Below are positions 1 through 21,000 of a stretch of 64,000 bases of DNA, piece by piece. Location of the stretch: positions 100,812,001 through 100,876,000 of the forward strand of contig OZ024746.1 in assembly GCA_964016885.1 (NCBI GenBank). The letters are read 5' to 3'. Numbering within the stretch: the first letter of the stretch is position 1; each line of letters opens with the position of its first letter. Origin of the DNA: Eledone cirrhosa (taxonomy: Eukaryota). Both the position numbers and the translations under genes were made by a program. The notes beneath the pieces were generated by a model, which searched no databases, was not told the DNA's origin, and saw only the letters and a list, made by a program, of their open reading frames with translations.

Positions 1-3000
1 AACATACATTCACACACACATATACTTAACATACAGTCACAGACACATATACTTAACATACATTCACACACACATATACTTAACATGCAGTCACACACAC
101 GTATACTTAACATACAGTCACACACACGTATACTTAACATACAGTCACACACATATATACTTAACATACATTCACACACACATATACTTAACATAGAGTC
201 ACACACACATATACTTAACATACAGTCACACACACATATACTTAACATACAGTCACACACATATATACTTAACATACAGTCACACACACATATACTTAAC
301 ATACAGTCACACACACATATACTTAACATACAGTCACACACATATATACTTAACATACAGTCAGACACACATATAATTAACATACATTCACACACATATA
401 TACTTAACATACAGTCACACACACATATACTTAACATACAGTCACACACACATATACTTAACATACATTCACACACATATATACTTAACATACATTCACA
501 CACACATATACTTAACATACAGTCACACACACATATACTTAACATACAGTCACACACACATATACTTAACATACATTCACACACACATATACTTAACATA
601 CAGTCACAGACACATATACTTAACATACATTCACACACACATATACTTAACATACAGTCACACACACGTATACTTAACATACAGTCACACACACGTATAC
701 TTAACATACAGTCACACACGTATACTTAACATACAGTCACACACATATATATTTAACATACAGTCACACACACGTATACTTAACATACAGTCACACACAT
801 ATATACTTAACATACAGTCACACACACATATACTTAACATACAATCACACACATATATACTTAACATACAGTCACACACACATATACTTAACATACATTC
901 ACACACATATATACTTAACATACAGTCACACACACATATACTTAACATACAGTCACACACATATATACTTAACATACAGTCACACACACATATACTTAAC
1001 ATACATTCACACACATATATACTTAATATACATTCACACACACATATACTTAACATACAGTCACACACACATATACTTCACATACAGTCACACACACATA
1101 TACTTAACATACAGTCACACACACATATACTTAACATACATTCACACACATATATACTTAACATACATTCACACACACATATACTTAACATACAGTCACA
1201 CACACATATACTTAACATACATTCACACACACATATACTTAACATACAGTCACACACACATATACTTCACATACAGTCACACACACATATACTTAACATA
1301 CAGTCACACACACATATACTTAACATACAGTCACACACACATATACTTAACATACAGTCACACACACATATACTTAACATACAGTCACACACACATATAC
1401 TTAACATACATTCACACACACATATACTTAACATACATTCACACACACATATACTTAACATACAGTCACACACATATATACTTAACATACAGTCACACAC
1501 ACATATACTTAACATACAGTCACACACACATATACTTAACATACAGTCACACACACATATACTTAACATACAGTCACACACACATATACTTAACATACAC
1601 TCACACACACATATACTTAACATACAGTCACACACACATATACTTAACATACAGTCACACACATATATACTTAACATACATTCACACACATATATACTTA
1701 ACATACATTCACACACACATATACTTAACATACAGTCACACACACATATACTTAACATACAGTCACACACACATATACTTAACATACATTCACAGACACC
1801 TATACTTAACATACAGTCACAGACACCTATACTTAACATACAGTCACACACACATATACTTAACATACAGTCACACACACATATACTTAACATACAGTCA
1901 CACACATATATACTTAACATACAGTCACACACACATATAATTAACATACATTCACACACATATATACTTAACATACAGTCACACACACATATACTTAACA
2001 TACAGTCACACACACATATACTTCACATACAGTCACACACACATATACTTAACATACAGTCACACACACATATACTTAACATACATTCACACACATATAT
2101 ACTTAACATACAGTCACACACACATATACTTAACATAGAGTCACACACATATATACTTAACATACAGTCACACACACATATACTTAACATACATTCACAC
2201 ACGCATATACTTAACATACAGTCACACACGTATACTTAACATACAGTCACACACGTATATACTTAACATACAGTCACACACACGTATACTTAACATACAG
2301 TCACACACATATATACTTAACATACAGTCACACACACATATACTTAACATACAGTCACACACATATATACTTAACATACAGTCACACACACATATACTTA
2401 ACATACATTCACACACATATATACTTAACATACAGTCACACACACATATACCTAACATACAGTCACACACATATATTCTTAACATACAGTCACACACACA
2501 TATACTTAACATACATTCACACACATATATACTTAACATACATTCACACACACATATACTTAACATACAGTCACACACACATATACTTAACATACAGTCA
2601 CACACACATATACTTAACATACAGTCACACACACATATACTTAACATACAGTCACACACACATATACTTAACATACATTCACACACACATATACTTAACA
2701 TACATTCACACACACATATACTTAACATACAGTCACACACACATATACTTCACATACAGTCACACACACATATACTTAACATACAGTCACACACACATAT
2801 ACTTAACATACAGTCACACACACATATACTTAACATACAGTCACACATATACTTAACATACAGTCACACACACATATACTTAACATACAGTCACACACAC
2901 ATATACTTAACATACATTCACACACACATATACTTAACATACAGTCACAGACACCTATACTTAACATACAGTCACACACATATATACTTAACATACAGTC

Positions 3001-6000
3001 ACACACACATATACTTAACATACAGTCACACACACATATACTTAACATACAGTCACACACACATATACTTAACATACACTCACACACACATATACTTAAC
3101 ATACAGTCACACACACATATACTTAACATACAGTCACACACATATATACTTAACATACATTCACACACATATTTACTTAACATACATTCACACACACATA
3201 TACTTAACATGCAGTCACACACACATATACTTAACATACATTCACACACACATATACTTAACATACAGTCACACACGTATACTTAACATACAGTCACACA
3301 CGTATATACTTAACATACAGTCACACACACATATACTTAACATACAGTCACACACATATATACTTAACATACAGTCACACACACATATACTTAACATACA
3401 GTCACACACATATATACTTAACATACAATCACACACACATATTCTTAACATACAGTCACACACACATATACTTAACATACAGTCACACACATATATACTT
3501 AACATACAGTCACACACACATATAATTAACATACATTCACACACATATATACTTAACATACAGTCACACACACATATACTTAACATACAGTCACACACAC
3601 ATATACTTCACATACAGTCACACACACATATACTTAACATACATTCACACACATATATACTTAACATACAGTCACACACACATATACTTAACATAGAGTC
3701 ACACACATATATACTTAACATACAGTCACACACACATATACTTAACATACATTCACACACACATATACTTAACATACAGTCACACACGTATACTTAACAT
3801 ACAGTCACACACGTATATACTTAACATACAGTCACACACACGTATACTTAACATACAGTCACACACATATATACTTAACATACAGTCACACACACATATA
3901 CTTAACATACAGTCACACACATATATACTTAACATACAGTCACACACACATATACTTAACATACATTCACACACATATATACTTAACATACAGTCACACA
4001 CACATATACCTAACATACAGTCACACACATATATTCTTAACATACAGTCACACACACATATACTTAACATACATTCACACACATATATACTTAACATACA
4101 TTCACACACACATATACTTAACATACAGTCACACACATATATACTTAACATACAGTCACACACACATATACTTAACATACATTCACACACATATATACTT
4201 AACATACAGTCACACACACATATACCTAACATACAGTCACACACACATATACTTAACATACAGTCACACACACATATACTTAACATACATTCACACACAT
4301 ATATACTTAACATACATTCACACACACATATACTTAACATACAGTCACACACACATATACTTAACATACATTCACACACACATATACTTAACATACATTC
4401 ACACACACATATACTTAACATACAGTCACACACACATATACTTCACATACAGTCACACACACATATACTTAACATACAGTCACACACACATATACTTAAC
4501 ATACAGTCACACACACATATACTTAACATACAGTCACACATATACTTAACATACAGTCACACACACATATACTTAACATACAGTCACACACACATATACT
4601 TAACATACATTCACACACACATATACTTAACATACAGTCACAGACACCTATACTTAACATACAGTCACACACATATATACTTAACATACAGTCACACACA
4701 CATATACTTAACATACAGTCACACACACATATACTTAACATACAGTCACACACACATATACTTAACATACACTCACACACACATATACTTAACATACAGT
4801 CACACACACATATACTTAACATACAGTCACACACATATATACTTAACATACATTCACACACATATTTACTTAACATACATTCACACACACATATACTTAA
4901 CATGCAGTCACACACACATATACTTAACATACATTCACACACACATATACTTAACATACAGTCACACACGTATACTTAACATACAGTCACACACGTATAT
5001 ACTTAACATACAGTCACACACACGTATACTTAACATACAGTCACACACATATATACTTAACATACAGTCACACACACATATACTTAACATACAGTCACAC
5101 ACATATATACTTAACATACAGTCACACACACATATACTTAACATACAGTCACACACATATATTCTTAACATACAGTCACACACACATATACTTAACATAC
5201 ATTCACACACATATATACTTAACATACATTCACACACACATATACTTAACATACATTCACACACATATATACTTAACATACAGTCACACACACATATACT
5301 TAACATACAGTCACACACATATATTCTTAACATACAGTCACACACACATATACTTAACATACATTCACACACATATATACTTAACATACATTCACACACA
5401 CATATACTTAACATACAGTCACACACACATATACTTAACATACAGTCACACACACATATACTTAACATACATTCACACACACATATACTTAACATACAGT
5501 CACACACACATATACTTAACATGCAGTCACACATATCTATACTTAACATACAGTCACACACATATATACTTAACATACAGTCACACACATATATACTTAA
5601 CATGCAGTCACACATATCTATACTTAACATACAGTCACACACATATATACTTAACATACAGTCACACACATATATACTTAACATGCAGTCACACATATCT
5701 ATACTTAACATACAGTCACACACATATATACTTAACATACAGTCACACACACATATACTTAACATACATTCACACACATATATACTTAACATACAGTCAC
5801 ACACCCATATACTTAACATACATTCACACACATATATACTTAACATACATTCACACACACATATACTTAACATACATTCACACACACATATACTTAACAT
5901 ACAGTCACACACACATACACTTAACATACAGTCACACACACATATACTTAACATACAGTCACACACACATATACTTAACATACAGTCACACACACATATA

Positions 6001-9000
6001 CTTAACATACTTTCACACACACATATACTTAACATACAGTCCCAGACACCTATACTTAACATACATTCACACACACATATACTTAACATACATTCACACA
6101 CACATATACTTAACATACAGTCACACACACATACACTTAACATACAGTCACACACACATACACTTAACATACAGTCACACACACATATACTTAACATACA
6201 GTCACACACACATATACTTAACATACAGTCACACACACATATACTTAACATACACTCACACACACATATACTTAACATACAGTCACACACACATATACTT
6301 AACATACAGTCACACACATATATACTTAACATACATTCACACACATATTTACTTAACATACATTCACACACACATATACTTAACATACAGTCACACATAT
6401 ACTTAACATACATTCACACACACATATACTTAACATACAGTCACACACATATATACTTCACATACATTCACACACACATATACTTAACATACAGTCACAC
6501 ACACATATACTTAACATACAGTCACACACACATATACTTAACATACAGTCACACACATATATACTTAACATACAGTCACACACACATATAATTAACATAC
6601 ATTCACACACATATATACTTAACATACAGTCACACACACATATACTTAACATACAGTCACACACACATATACTTCACATACAGTCACACACACATATACT
6701 TAACATACAGTCACACACACATATACTTAACATACATTCACACACACATATACTTAACATACAGTCACAGACACCTATACTTAACATACAGTCACACACA
6801 TATATACTTAACATACAGTCACTCACACATATACTTAACATACAGTCACACACACATATACTTAACATACAGTCACACACACATATACTTAACATACACT
6901 CACACACACATATACTTAACATACAGTCACACACACATATACTTAACATACAGTCACACACATATATACTTAACATACATTCACACACATATTTACTTAA
7001 CAGACATTCACACACACATATACTTAACATACAGTCACACACATATATACTTAACATACAGTCACACACACATATACTTAACATACAGTCACACACACAT
7101 ATACTTAACATACATTCACACACACATATACTTAACATACAGTCACAGACACATATACTTAACATACATTCACACACACATATACTTAACATACAGTCAC
7201 ACACACGTATACTTAACATACAGTCACACACACGTATACTTAACATACAGTCACACACACGTATACTTAACATACAGTCACACACACATATACTTAACAT
7301 ACAGTCACAGACACCTATACTTAACATACAGTCACACACATATATACTTAACATACAGTCACACACACACATATACTTAACATACATTCACACACACGTA
7401 TACTTAACATACAGTCACACACACGTATACTTAACATACAGTCACACACATATATACTTAACATACAGTCACACACACATATACTTAACATACAGTCACA
7501 CACATATATACTTAACATACAATCACACACACATATACTTAACATACAGTCACACACACATATACTTAACATACAGTCACACACATATATACTTAACATA
7601 CAGTCACACACACATATAATTAACATACATTCACACACATATATACTTAACATACAGTCACACACACATATACTTAACATACAGTCACACACACATATAC
7701 TTCACATACAGTCACACACACATATACTTAACATACAGTCACACACACATATACTTAACATACATTCACACACATATATACTTAACATACAGTCACACAC
7801 ACATATACTTAACATACAGTCACACACATATATACTTAACATACAGTCACACACACATATACTTAACAATCATTCACACACACATATACTTAACATACAG
7901 TCACACACGTATACTTAACACACAGTCACACACGTATATACTTAACATAGTCACACACATGTATACTTAACATACAGTCACACACATATATACTTAACAT
8001 ACAGTCACACACACATATACTTAACATACAGTCACACACATATATACTTAACATACAGTCACACACACATATACTTAACATACATTCACACACATATATA
8101 CTTAACATACAGTCACACACACATATACTTAACATACAGTCACACACATATATTCTTAATATACAGTCACACACACATATACTTAACATACATTCACACA
8201 CATATATACTTAACATACATTCACACACACATATACTTAACATACAGTCACACACACATATACTTAACATACAGTCACACACACATATACTTAACATACA
8301 TTCACACACACATATACTTAACATACAGTCACACACACATATACTTAACATGCAGTCACACATATCTATACTTAACATACAGTCACACACATATATACTT
8401 AACATACAGTCACACACACATATACTTAACATACAGTCACACACACATATACTTAACATACAGTCACACACACATATACTTAACATACAGTCACACACAC
8501 ATATACTTAACATACAGTCACACACACATATACTTAACATACATTCACACACACATATACTTAACATACAGTCGCAGACACCTATACTTAACATACAGTC
8601 ACACACATATATACTTAACATACAGTCACTCACACATATACTTAACATACAGTCACACACACATATACTTAACATACAGTCACACACACATATACTTAAC
8701 ATACACTCACACACACATATACTTAACATACAGTCACACACACATATACTTAACATACAGTCACACACATATATACTTAACATACATTCACACACATATT
8801 TACTTAACATACATTCACACACACATATACTTAACATACAGTCACACACATATATACTTAACATACAGTCACAGACACCTATACTTAACATACAGTCACA
8901 CACACATATACTTAACATACAGTCACACACACATATACTTAACATACATTCACACACACATATACTTAACATACAGTCACAGACACATATACTTAACATA

Positions 9001-12000
9001 CATTCACACACACATATACTTAACATACAGTCACACACACGTATACTTAACATACAGTCACACACACGTATACTTAACATACAGTCACACACACGTATAC
9101 TTAACATACAGTCACACACACATATACTTAACATACAGTCACAGACACCTATACTTAACATACAGTCACACACATATATACTTAACATACAGTCACACAC
9201 ACACATATACTTAACATACAGTCACACACACGTATACTTAACATACAGTCACACACACGTATACTTAACATACAGTCACACACATATATACTTAACATAC
9301 AGTCACACACACATATACTTAACATACAGTCACACACACATATACTTAACATACAGTCACACACACATATACTTAACATACAGTCCCACACACATATACT
9401 TAACATACAGTCACACACGCATGTACTTAACATACAGTCACACACACATATACTTAACATACATTCACACACACATATACTTAACATACAGTCACACACA
9501 CATATACTTAACATACAGTCACACACACATATACTTAACATACAGTCACACACACATATACTTAACATACATTCACACACACATATACTTAACATACAGT
9601 CACAGACACATATACTTAACATACATTCACACACACATATACTTAACATACAGTCACACACACGTATACTTAACATACAGTCACACACACGTATACTTAA
9701 CATACAGTCACACACATATATACTTAACATACAGTCACACACACATATACTTAACATACATTCACACACATATATACTTAACATACAGTCACACACACAT
9801 ATACTTAACATACATTCACACACACATATACTTAACATACAGTCACACACGTATACTTAACATACAGTCACACACATATATACTTAACATACAGTCACAC
9901 ACACGTATACTTAACATACAGTCACACACATATATACTTAACATACAGTCACACACACATATACTTAACATACAGTCACATACATATATACTTAACATAC
10001 AGTCACACACACATATACTTAACATACATTCACACACATATATACTTAACATACAGTCACACACACATATATACTTAACATACAGTCACACACATATATA
10101 CTTAACATACAGTCACACACACATATACTTAACATACATTCACACACATATATACTTAACATACATTCACACACACATATACTTAACATACAGTCACACA
10201 CACATATACTTAACATACAGTCACACACACATATACTTAACATACATTCACACACACATATACTTAACATACAGTCACACACACATATACTTAACATGCA
10301 GTCACACATATCTATACTTAACATACAGTCACACACATATATACTTAACATACAGTCACACACATATATACTTAACATACAGTCACACACACATATAATT
10401 AACATACATTCACACACATATATACTTAACATACAGTCACACACACATATACTTAACATACAGTCACACACACACATATACTTCACATACAGTCACACAC
10501 ACATATACTTAACATACAGTCACACACACATATACTTAACATACATTCACACACATATATACTTAACATACAGTCACACACACATATACTTAACATACAG
10601 TCACACACATATATACTTAACATACAGTCACACACACATATACTTAACAATCATTCACACACACATATACTTAACATACAGTCACACACGTATACTTAAC
10701 ACACAGTCACACACGTATATACTTAACATAGTCACACACACGTATACTTAACATACAGTCACACACATATATACTTAACATACAGTCACACACACATATA
10801 CTTAACATACATTCACACACATATATACTTCACATACAGTCACACACACATATACTTAACATACAGTCACACACACATATACTTAACATACATTCACACA
10901 CATATATACTTAACATACAGTCACACACACATATACTTAACATACAGTCACACACATATATACTTAACATACAGTCACACACACATATACTTAACAATCA
11001 TTCACACACACATATACTTAACATACAGTCACACACGTATACTTAACACACAGTCACACACGTATATACTTAACATAGTCACACACACGTATACTTAACA
11101 TACAGTCACACACATATATACTTAACATACAGTCACACACACATATACTTAACATACAGTCACACACATATATACTTAACATACAGTCACACACACATAT
11201 ACTTAACATACATTCACACACATATATACTTAACATACAGTCACACACACATATACTTAACATACAGTCACACACATATATTCTTAACATACAGTCACAC
11301 ACACATATACTTAACATACATTCACACACATATATACTTAACATACATTCACACACACATATACTTAACATACAGTCACACACACATATACTTAACATAC
11401 AGTCACACACACATATACTTAACATACATTCACACACACATATACTTAACATACAGTCACACACACATATACTTAACATGCAGTCACACATATCTATACT
11501 TAACATACAGTCACACACATATATACTTAACATACAGTCACACACACATATACTTAACATACAGTCACACACACATATACTTAACATACAGTCACACACA
11601 CATATACTTAACATACAGTCACACACACATATACTTAACATACAGTCACACACACATATACTTAACATACATTCACACACACATATACTTAACATACAGT
11701 CACAGACACCTATACTTAACATACAGTCACACACATATATACTTAACATACAGTCACTCACACATATACTTAACATACAGTCACACACACATATACTTAA
11801 CATACAGTCACACACACATATACTTAACATACACTCACACACACATATACTTAACATACAGTCACACACACATATACTTAACATACAGTCACACACATAT
11901 ATACTTAACATACATTCACACACATATTTACTTAACATACATTCACACACACATATACTTAACATACAGTCACACACATATATACTTAACATACAGTCAC

Positions 12001-15000
12001 ACACACATATACTTAACATACATTCACACACACATATACTTAACATACAGTCACACACACATATACTTAACATACACTCACACACACATATACTTAACAT
12101 ACAGTCACACACACATATACTTAACATACAGTCACAGACACCTATACTTAACATACAGTCACACACATATATACTTAACATACAGTCACACACACACATA
12201 TACTTAACATACAGTCACACACACGTATACTTAACATACAGTCACACACACGTATACTTAACATACAGTCACACACATATATACTTAACATACAGTCACA
12301 CACACATATACTTAACATACAGTCACACACACATATACTTAACATACAGTCACACACACATATACTTAACATACAGTCCCACACACATATACTTAACATA
12401 CAGTCACACACGCATGTACTTAACATACAGTCACACACACATATACTTAACATACATTCACACACACATATACTTAACATACAGTCACACACACATATAC
12501 TTAACATACAGTCACACACACATATACTTAACATACAGTCACACACACATATACTTAACATACATTCACACACACATATACTTAACACACAGTCACAGAC
12601 ACATATACTTAACATACATTCACACACACATATACTTAACATACAGTCACACACACGTATACTTAACATACAGTCACACACACGTATACTTAACATACAG
12701 TCACACACATATATACTTAACATACAGTCACACACACATATACTTAACATACATTCACACACATATATACTTAACATACAGTCACACACACATATACTTA
12801 ACATACATTCACACACATATATACTTAACATACAGTCACACACACATATACTTAACATACATTCACACACACATATACTTAACATACAGTCACACACGTA
12901 TACTTAACATACAGTCACACACATATATACTTAACATACAGTCACACACATGTATACTTAACATACAGTCACACACATGTATACTTAACATACAGTCACA
13001 CACATATATACTTAACATACAGTCACACACACATATACTTAACATACAGTCACATACATATATACTTAACATACAGTCACACACACATATACTTAACATA
13101 CATTCACACACATATATACTTAACATACAGTCACACACACATATAGTTAACATACAGTCACACACATATATACTTAACATACAGTCACACACACATATAC
13201 TTAACATACATTCACACACATATATACTTAACATACATTCACACACACATATACTTAACATACAGTCACACACACATATACTTAACATACAGTCACACAC
13301 ACATATACTTAACATACATTCACACACACATATACTTAACATACAGTCACACACACATATACTTAACATGCAGTCACACATATCTATACTTAACATACAG
13401 TCACACACATATATACTTAACATACAGTCACACACATATATACTTAACATACAGTCACACACCCATATACTTAACATACATTCACACACATATATACTTA
13501 ACATACATTCACACACACATATACTTAACATACAGTCACACACACATATACTTAACATACATTCACACACACATATACTTAACATACAGTCACACACACA
13601 TATACTTCACATACAGTCACACACACATATACTTAACATACAGTCACACACACATATACTTAACATACAGTCACACACACATATACTTAACATACAGTCA
13701 CACACACATATACTTAACATACAGTCACACACACACATATACTTAACATACAGTCACACACATATATACTTAACATACAGTCACACACACATATACTTAA
13801 CATACAGTCACACACACATATACTTCACATACAGTCACACACACATATACTTAACATACATTCACACACATATACTTAACATACAGTCACACACATATAC
13901 TTAACATACAGTCACACACATATATACTTAACATACAGTCGCACACACATATACTTAACATACAGTCACACACATATATACTTAACATACAGTCACACAC
14001 ACATATACTTCACATACAGTCACACACACATATACTTAACATACATTCACACACACATATACTTAACATACATTCACACACACATATACTTAACATACAG
14101 TCACACACTCATATACTTCACATACTGTCACACACACATATACTTAACATATATTCACACACACACATATACTTAACATATATTCACACACACATATACT
14201 TAACATACAGTTACACACATATATACTTATCATACAGTCACACGCACATATACTTAACATACAGTCACACACACATATACTTAACATACATTCACACACA
14301 CATATACTTAACATACAGTCACACACATATATACTTAACATACAGTCACAAACACATATACTTAACTTACAGTCACACACACATATACTTAACATACAGT
14401 CACACACTCATATACTTCACATACAGGCACACACACATATACTTAACATACAGTCACACACACATATACTTAACATACATTCACACACACACATATACTT
14501 AACATACAGTCACACACATATATACTTAACATACAGTCACACACACATATACTTAACATACAGTCACACACATATACTTAACATACAGTCACACACACAT
14601 ATACTTAACATACAGTCACACACACATATACTTAACATATATTCACACACACATATACTTAACATATATTCACACACACATATACTTAACATACAGTTAC
14701 ACACATATATACTTAACATACAGTCGCACACACATATACTTAACATATATTCACACACACATATACTTAACATACAGTTACACACACATATACTTAACAT
14801 ACAGTCACACACACATATACTTAACATACAGTCACACACACATATACTTCACATACAGTCACACACATATATACTTAACATACATTCACACACACATATA
14901 CTTAACATACAGTCACACATATATATACTTAACCTACAGTCACACACACATATACTTAACATACAGTCACACACTCATATACTTAACATACAGTCACACA

Positions 15001-18000
15001 CACATATACTTAACATACATTCACACACACATATACTTAACATACAGTCACACACATATACTTAACATACAGTCACACATACATATACTTAACATACAGT
15101 CACACACACATATACTTAACATACAGTCACACACACACATATACTTCACATACAGTCACACACACATATACTTAACATACAGTCACACACTTATATACTT
15201 AACATACATTCACACACACATATACTTAACATACAGTCACACATATATATACTTAACATACAGTCACAGACACATATACTTAACATACAGTCACACACTC
15301 ATATACTTAACATACAGTCACACACACATATACTTAACATACATTCACACACACATATACTTAACATACTGTCTCACACATATACTTAACATACAGTCAC
15401 ACACACATATACTTAACATACAGTCACACACACATATACTTAACATACAGTCACACACACATATACTTAACATACAGTCACACACACACATATACTTCAC
15501 ATACAGTCACACACACATATACTTAACATACAGTCACACATATATATACTTAACATACAGTCACACACACATATACTTAACATACAGTTACACACTCATA
15601 TACTTAACATACAGTCACACATATATATACTTAACATACAGTCACACACACATATACTTCACATACTGTCACACACACATATACTTCACATACAGTCACA
15701 CACATATATACTTAACATACAGTCACACACATATATACTTAACATACAGTCACACACACATATACTTAACATACAGTCACACACTCATATACTTAACATA
15801 CAGTCACACACACATATACTTAGCATACATTCACACACATATACTTAACATACAGTCACACACACATATACTTAACATACAGTCACACACACATATACTT
15901 AACATATAGTCACACACTCATATACTTCACATAGTCACACACATATACTTAACATACAGTCACACACATATACTTAACATACAGTCACACACACATATAC
16001 TTAACATACATTCACACAGATATACTTAACATACAGTCACACACACATATACTTCACATACAGTCACACACACATATACTTAACATACAGTCACACACAC
16101 ATATACTTCACATACAGTCACACACAGACATATACTTCACATACAGTCACACACACATATACTTAACATACAGTCACACACATATATACTTAACATACAG
16201 TCACACACACATATACTTCACATACATTCACACACACATATACTTAACATACAGTCACACACTCATATACTTCACATACAGTCACACACACATATACTTA
16301 ACATACAGTCACACACACATATACTTAACATACATTCACACACACATATACTTAACATACAGTCACACACACCTATACTTAACATACAGTCACACACACA
16401 TATACTTAACATACAGTCACACACACATATACTTAACATACAGTCACACACATATATACTTAACATACAGTCACACACATATATACTTAACATACATTCA
16501 CACACACACATATACTTAACATACAGTCACACACATATATACTTAACATACAGTCACACACACATATACTTAACATACAGTCACACACACATATACTTAA
16601 CATACAGTCACACACACATATACTTAACATACAGTCACACACACATATACTTAACATATATTCACACACACACATATACTTAACATATATTCACACACAC
16701 ATATACTTAACATACAGTTACACACATATATACTTAACATACAGTCGCACACACATATACTTAACATATATTCACACACACATATACTTAACATACAGTT
16801 ACACACATATATACTTAACATACAGTCACACACACATATACTTAACATACATTCACACACACATATACTTAACATACATTCACACACACATATACTTAAC
16901 ATACATTCACACACACATATACTTAACATACAGTCACACACTCATATACTTCACATACAGTCACACACACATATACTTAACATACAGTCACACACACATA
17001 TACTTAACATACATTCACACACATATACTTAACATACAGTCACACACACATATACTTAACATAGAGTCACACACATATATACTTAACATACAGTCGCACA
17101 CACATATACTTAACATACAGTCACACACATATATACTTAACATACAGTCACACACTCATATACTTAACATACATTCACACACACATATACTTAACATACA
17201 TTCACACACACACATACTTAACATACATTCAGACACACATATACTTAACATACAGTCACACACATATATACTTAACATACAGTCACACACACATATACTT
17301 AACATACAGTCACACACACATATACTTAACATACAGTCACACACTCATATACTTCACATACAGTCACACACACATATACTTAACATACAGTCACACACAC
17401 ATATACTTAACATACATTCACACACATATACTTAACATACAGTCACACACATATACTTAACATACAGTCACACACATATATACTTAACATACAGTCGCAC
17501 ACACATATACTTAACATACAGTCACACACATATATACTTAACATACAGTCACACACACATATACTTCACATACAGTCACACACACATATACTTAACATAC
17601 AGTCACACACTCATATACTTAACATACATTCACACACACATATACTTAACATACATTCACACACACATATACTTAACATACATTCACACACACATATACT
17701 TACCATACAGTCACACACTCATATACTTCACATACAGTCACACACACATATACTTAACATACAGTCACACACACATATACTTAACATACATTCACACACA
17801 TATACTTAACATACAGTCACACACATATACTTAACATACAGTCACACACATATATACTTAACATACAGTCGCACACACATATACTTAACATACAGTCACA
17901 CACATATATACTTAACATACAGTCACACACATATATACTTAACATACAGTCACACACACATATACTTAACATACAGTCACACACACATATACTTATCATA

Positions 18001-21000
18001 CAGTCACACACACATATACTTAACATACAGTCACACACACATATACTTAACATATATTCACACACACATATACTTAACATATATTCACACACACATATAC
18101 TTAACATACAGTTACACACATATATACTTAACATACAGTCGCACACACATATACTTAACATATATTCACACACACATATACTTAACATACAGTTACACAC
18201 ATATATACTTAACATACAGTCGCACACACATATACTTAACATATATTCACACACACATATACTTAACATACAGTTACACTCATATATACTTAACATACAG
18301 TCACACACACATATACTTAACATACAGTCACACACACATATACTTCACATACAGTCACACACATATATACTTAACATACAGTCACACACTCATATACTTA
18401 ACATACAGTCACACACACATATACTTAACATACAGTCACACACATATATACTTAACATACAGTCACACACACATATACTTCACATACAGTCACACACACA
18501 TATACTTAACATACAGTCACACACACATATACTTCACATACAGTCACACACATATATACTTAACATACAGTCACACACACATATACTTAACATACAGTCA
18601 CACACACATATACTTAACATACAGTCACACACATATATACTTAACATACAGTCACACACACATATACTTCACATACAGTCACACACACATATCCTTAACA
18701 TACAGTCACACACACATATACTTAACATACAGTCACACACACATATACTTCACACACAGTCACACACACACATATACTTCACATACAGTCACACACACAT
18801 ATACTTAACATACAGTCACACACATATTTACTTAACATACAGTCACACACACATATACTTCACATACATTCACACACACATATACTTAACATACAGTCAC
18901 ACACTCATATACTTCACATACAGTCACACACACATATACTTAACATACAGTCACACACACATATACTTAACATACATTCACACACATATACTTAACATAC
19001 AGTCACACACATATACTTAACATACAGTCACACACATATATACTTAACATACAGTCGCACACACATATACTTAACATACAGTCACACACATATATACTTA
19101 ACATACAGTCACACACATATATACTTAACATACATTCACACACACACATATACTTAACATACAGTCACACACATATATACTTAACATACTGTCACACACA
19201 CATATACTTAACATACAGTCACACACACATATACTTAACATACAGTCACACACACATATACTTCACATATATTCACACACACACATATACTTAACATATA
19301 TTCACACACACATATACTTAACATACAGTTACACACATATATACTTAACATACAGTCGCACACACATATACTTAACATATATTCACACACACATATACTT
19401 AACATACAGTTACACACATATATACTTAACATACAGTCACACACACATATACTTAACATACAGTCACACACATATATACTTAACATACAGTCACACACAC
19501 ATATACTTAACATACAGTCACACACACATATACTTAACATACAGTCACACACTCATATACTTCACATACAGTCACACACACATATACTTAACATACAGTC
19601 ACACACACATATACTTAACATACATTCACACACATATACTTAACATACAGTCACACACATATACTTAACATACAGTCACACACATATATACTTAACATAC
19701 AGTCGCACACACATATACTTAACATACAGTCACACACATATATACTTAACATACAGTCACACACACATATACTTCACATACAGTCACACACACATATACT
19801 TAACATACAGTCACACACTCATATACGTAACATACATTCACACACACATATACTTAACATACATTCACACACACATATACTTAACATACATTCACACACA
19901 CATACACTTAACATACAGTCACACACTCATATACTTCACATACAGTCTCACACACATATACTTAACATACAGTCAAACACACATATACTTAATATACATT
20001 CACACACATATACTTAACATACAGTCACACACATGTACTTAACATACAGTCACACACATATATACTTAACATACAGTCGCACACACATATACTTAACATA
20101 CAGTCACACACATATATACTTAACATACAGTCACACACTCATATACTTAACATACATTCACACACACATATACTTAACATACATTCACACACACATATAC
20201 TTAACATACATTCACACACACATATACTTAACATACAGTCACACACATATATACTTAACATACAGTCACACACACATATACTTAACATACAGTCACACAC
20301 TCATATACTTCACATACAGTCACACACACATATACTTAACATACAGTCACACACACATATACTTAACATACATTCACACACATATAGTTAACATACAGTC
20401 ACACACATATACTTAACATACAGTCACACACATATATACTTAACATACAGTCGCACACACATATACTTAACATACAGTCACACACATATATACTTAACAT
20501 ACAGTCACACACACATATACTTTACATACAGTCACACACACATATACTTAACATACAGTCACACACACATATACTTAACATACAGTCACACACACATATA
20601 CTTAACATACAGTCACACACACATATACTTAACATACAGTCACACACACATATACTTAACATACAGTCACATACACATATACTTAACATACAGTCACACA
20701 CAAATATACTTCACATACAGTCACACACACATATACTTAACATACAGTCACACACACATATACTTAACATACATTCACACACATATACTTAACATACAGT
20801 CACACACATATACTTAACATACAGTCACACACATATATACTTAACATACAGTCGCACACACATATACTTAACATACAGTCACACACATATATACTTAACA
20901 TACAGTCACACACACATATACTTCACATACAGTCACACACACATATACTTAACATACAGTCACACACTCATATACTTAACATACATTCACACACACATAT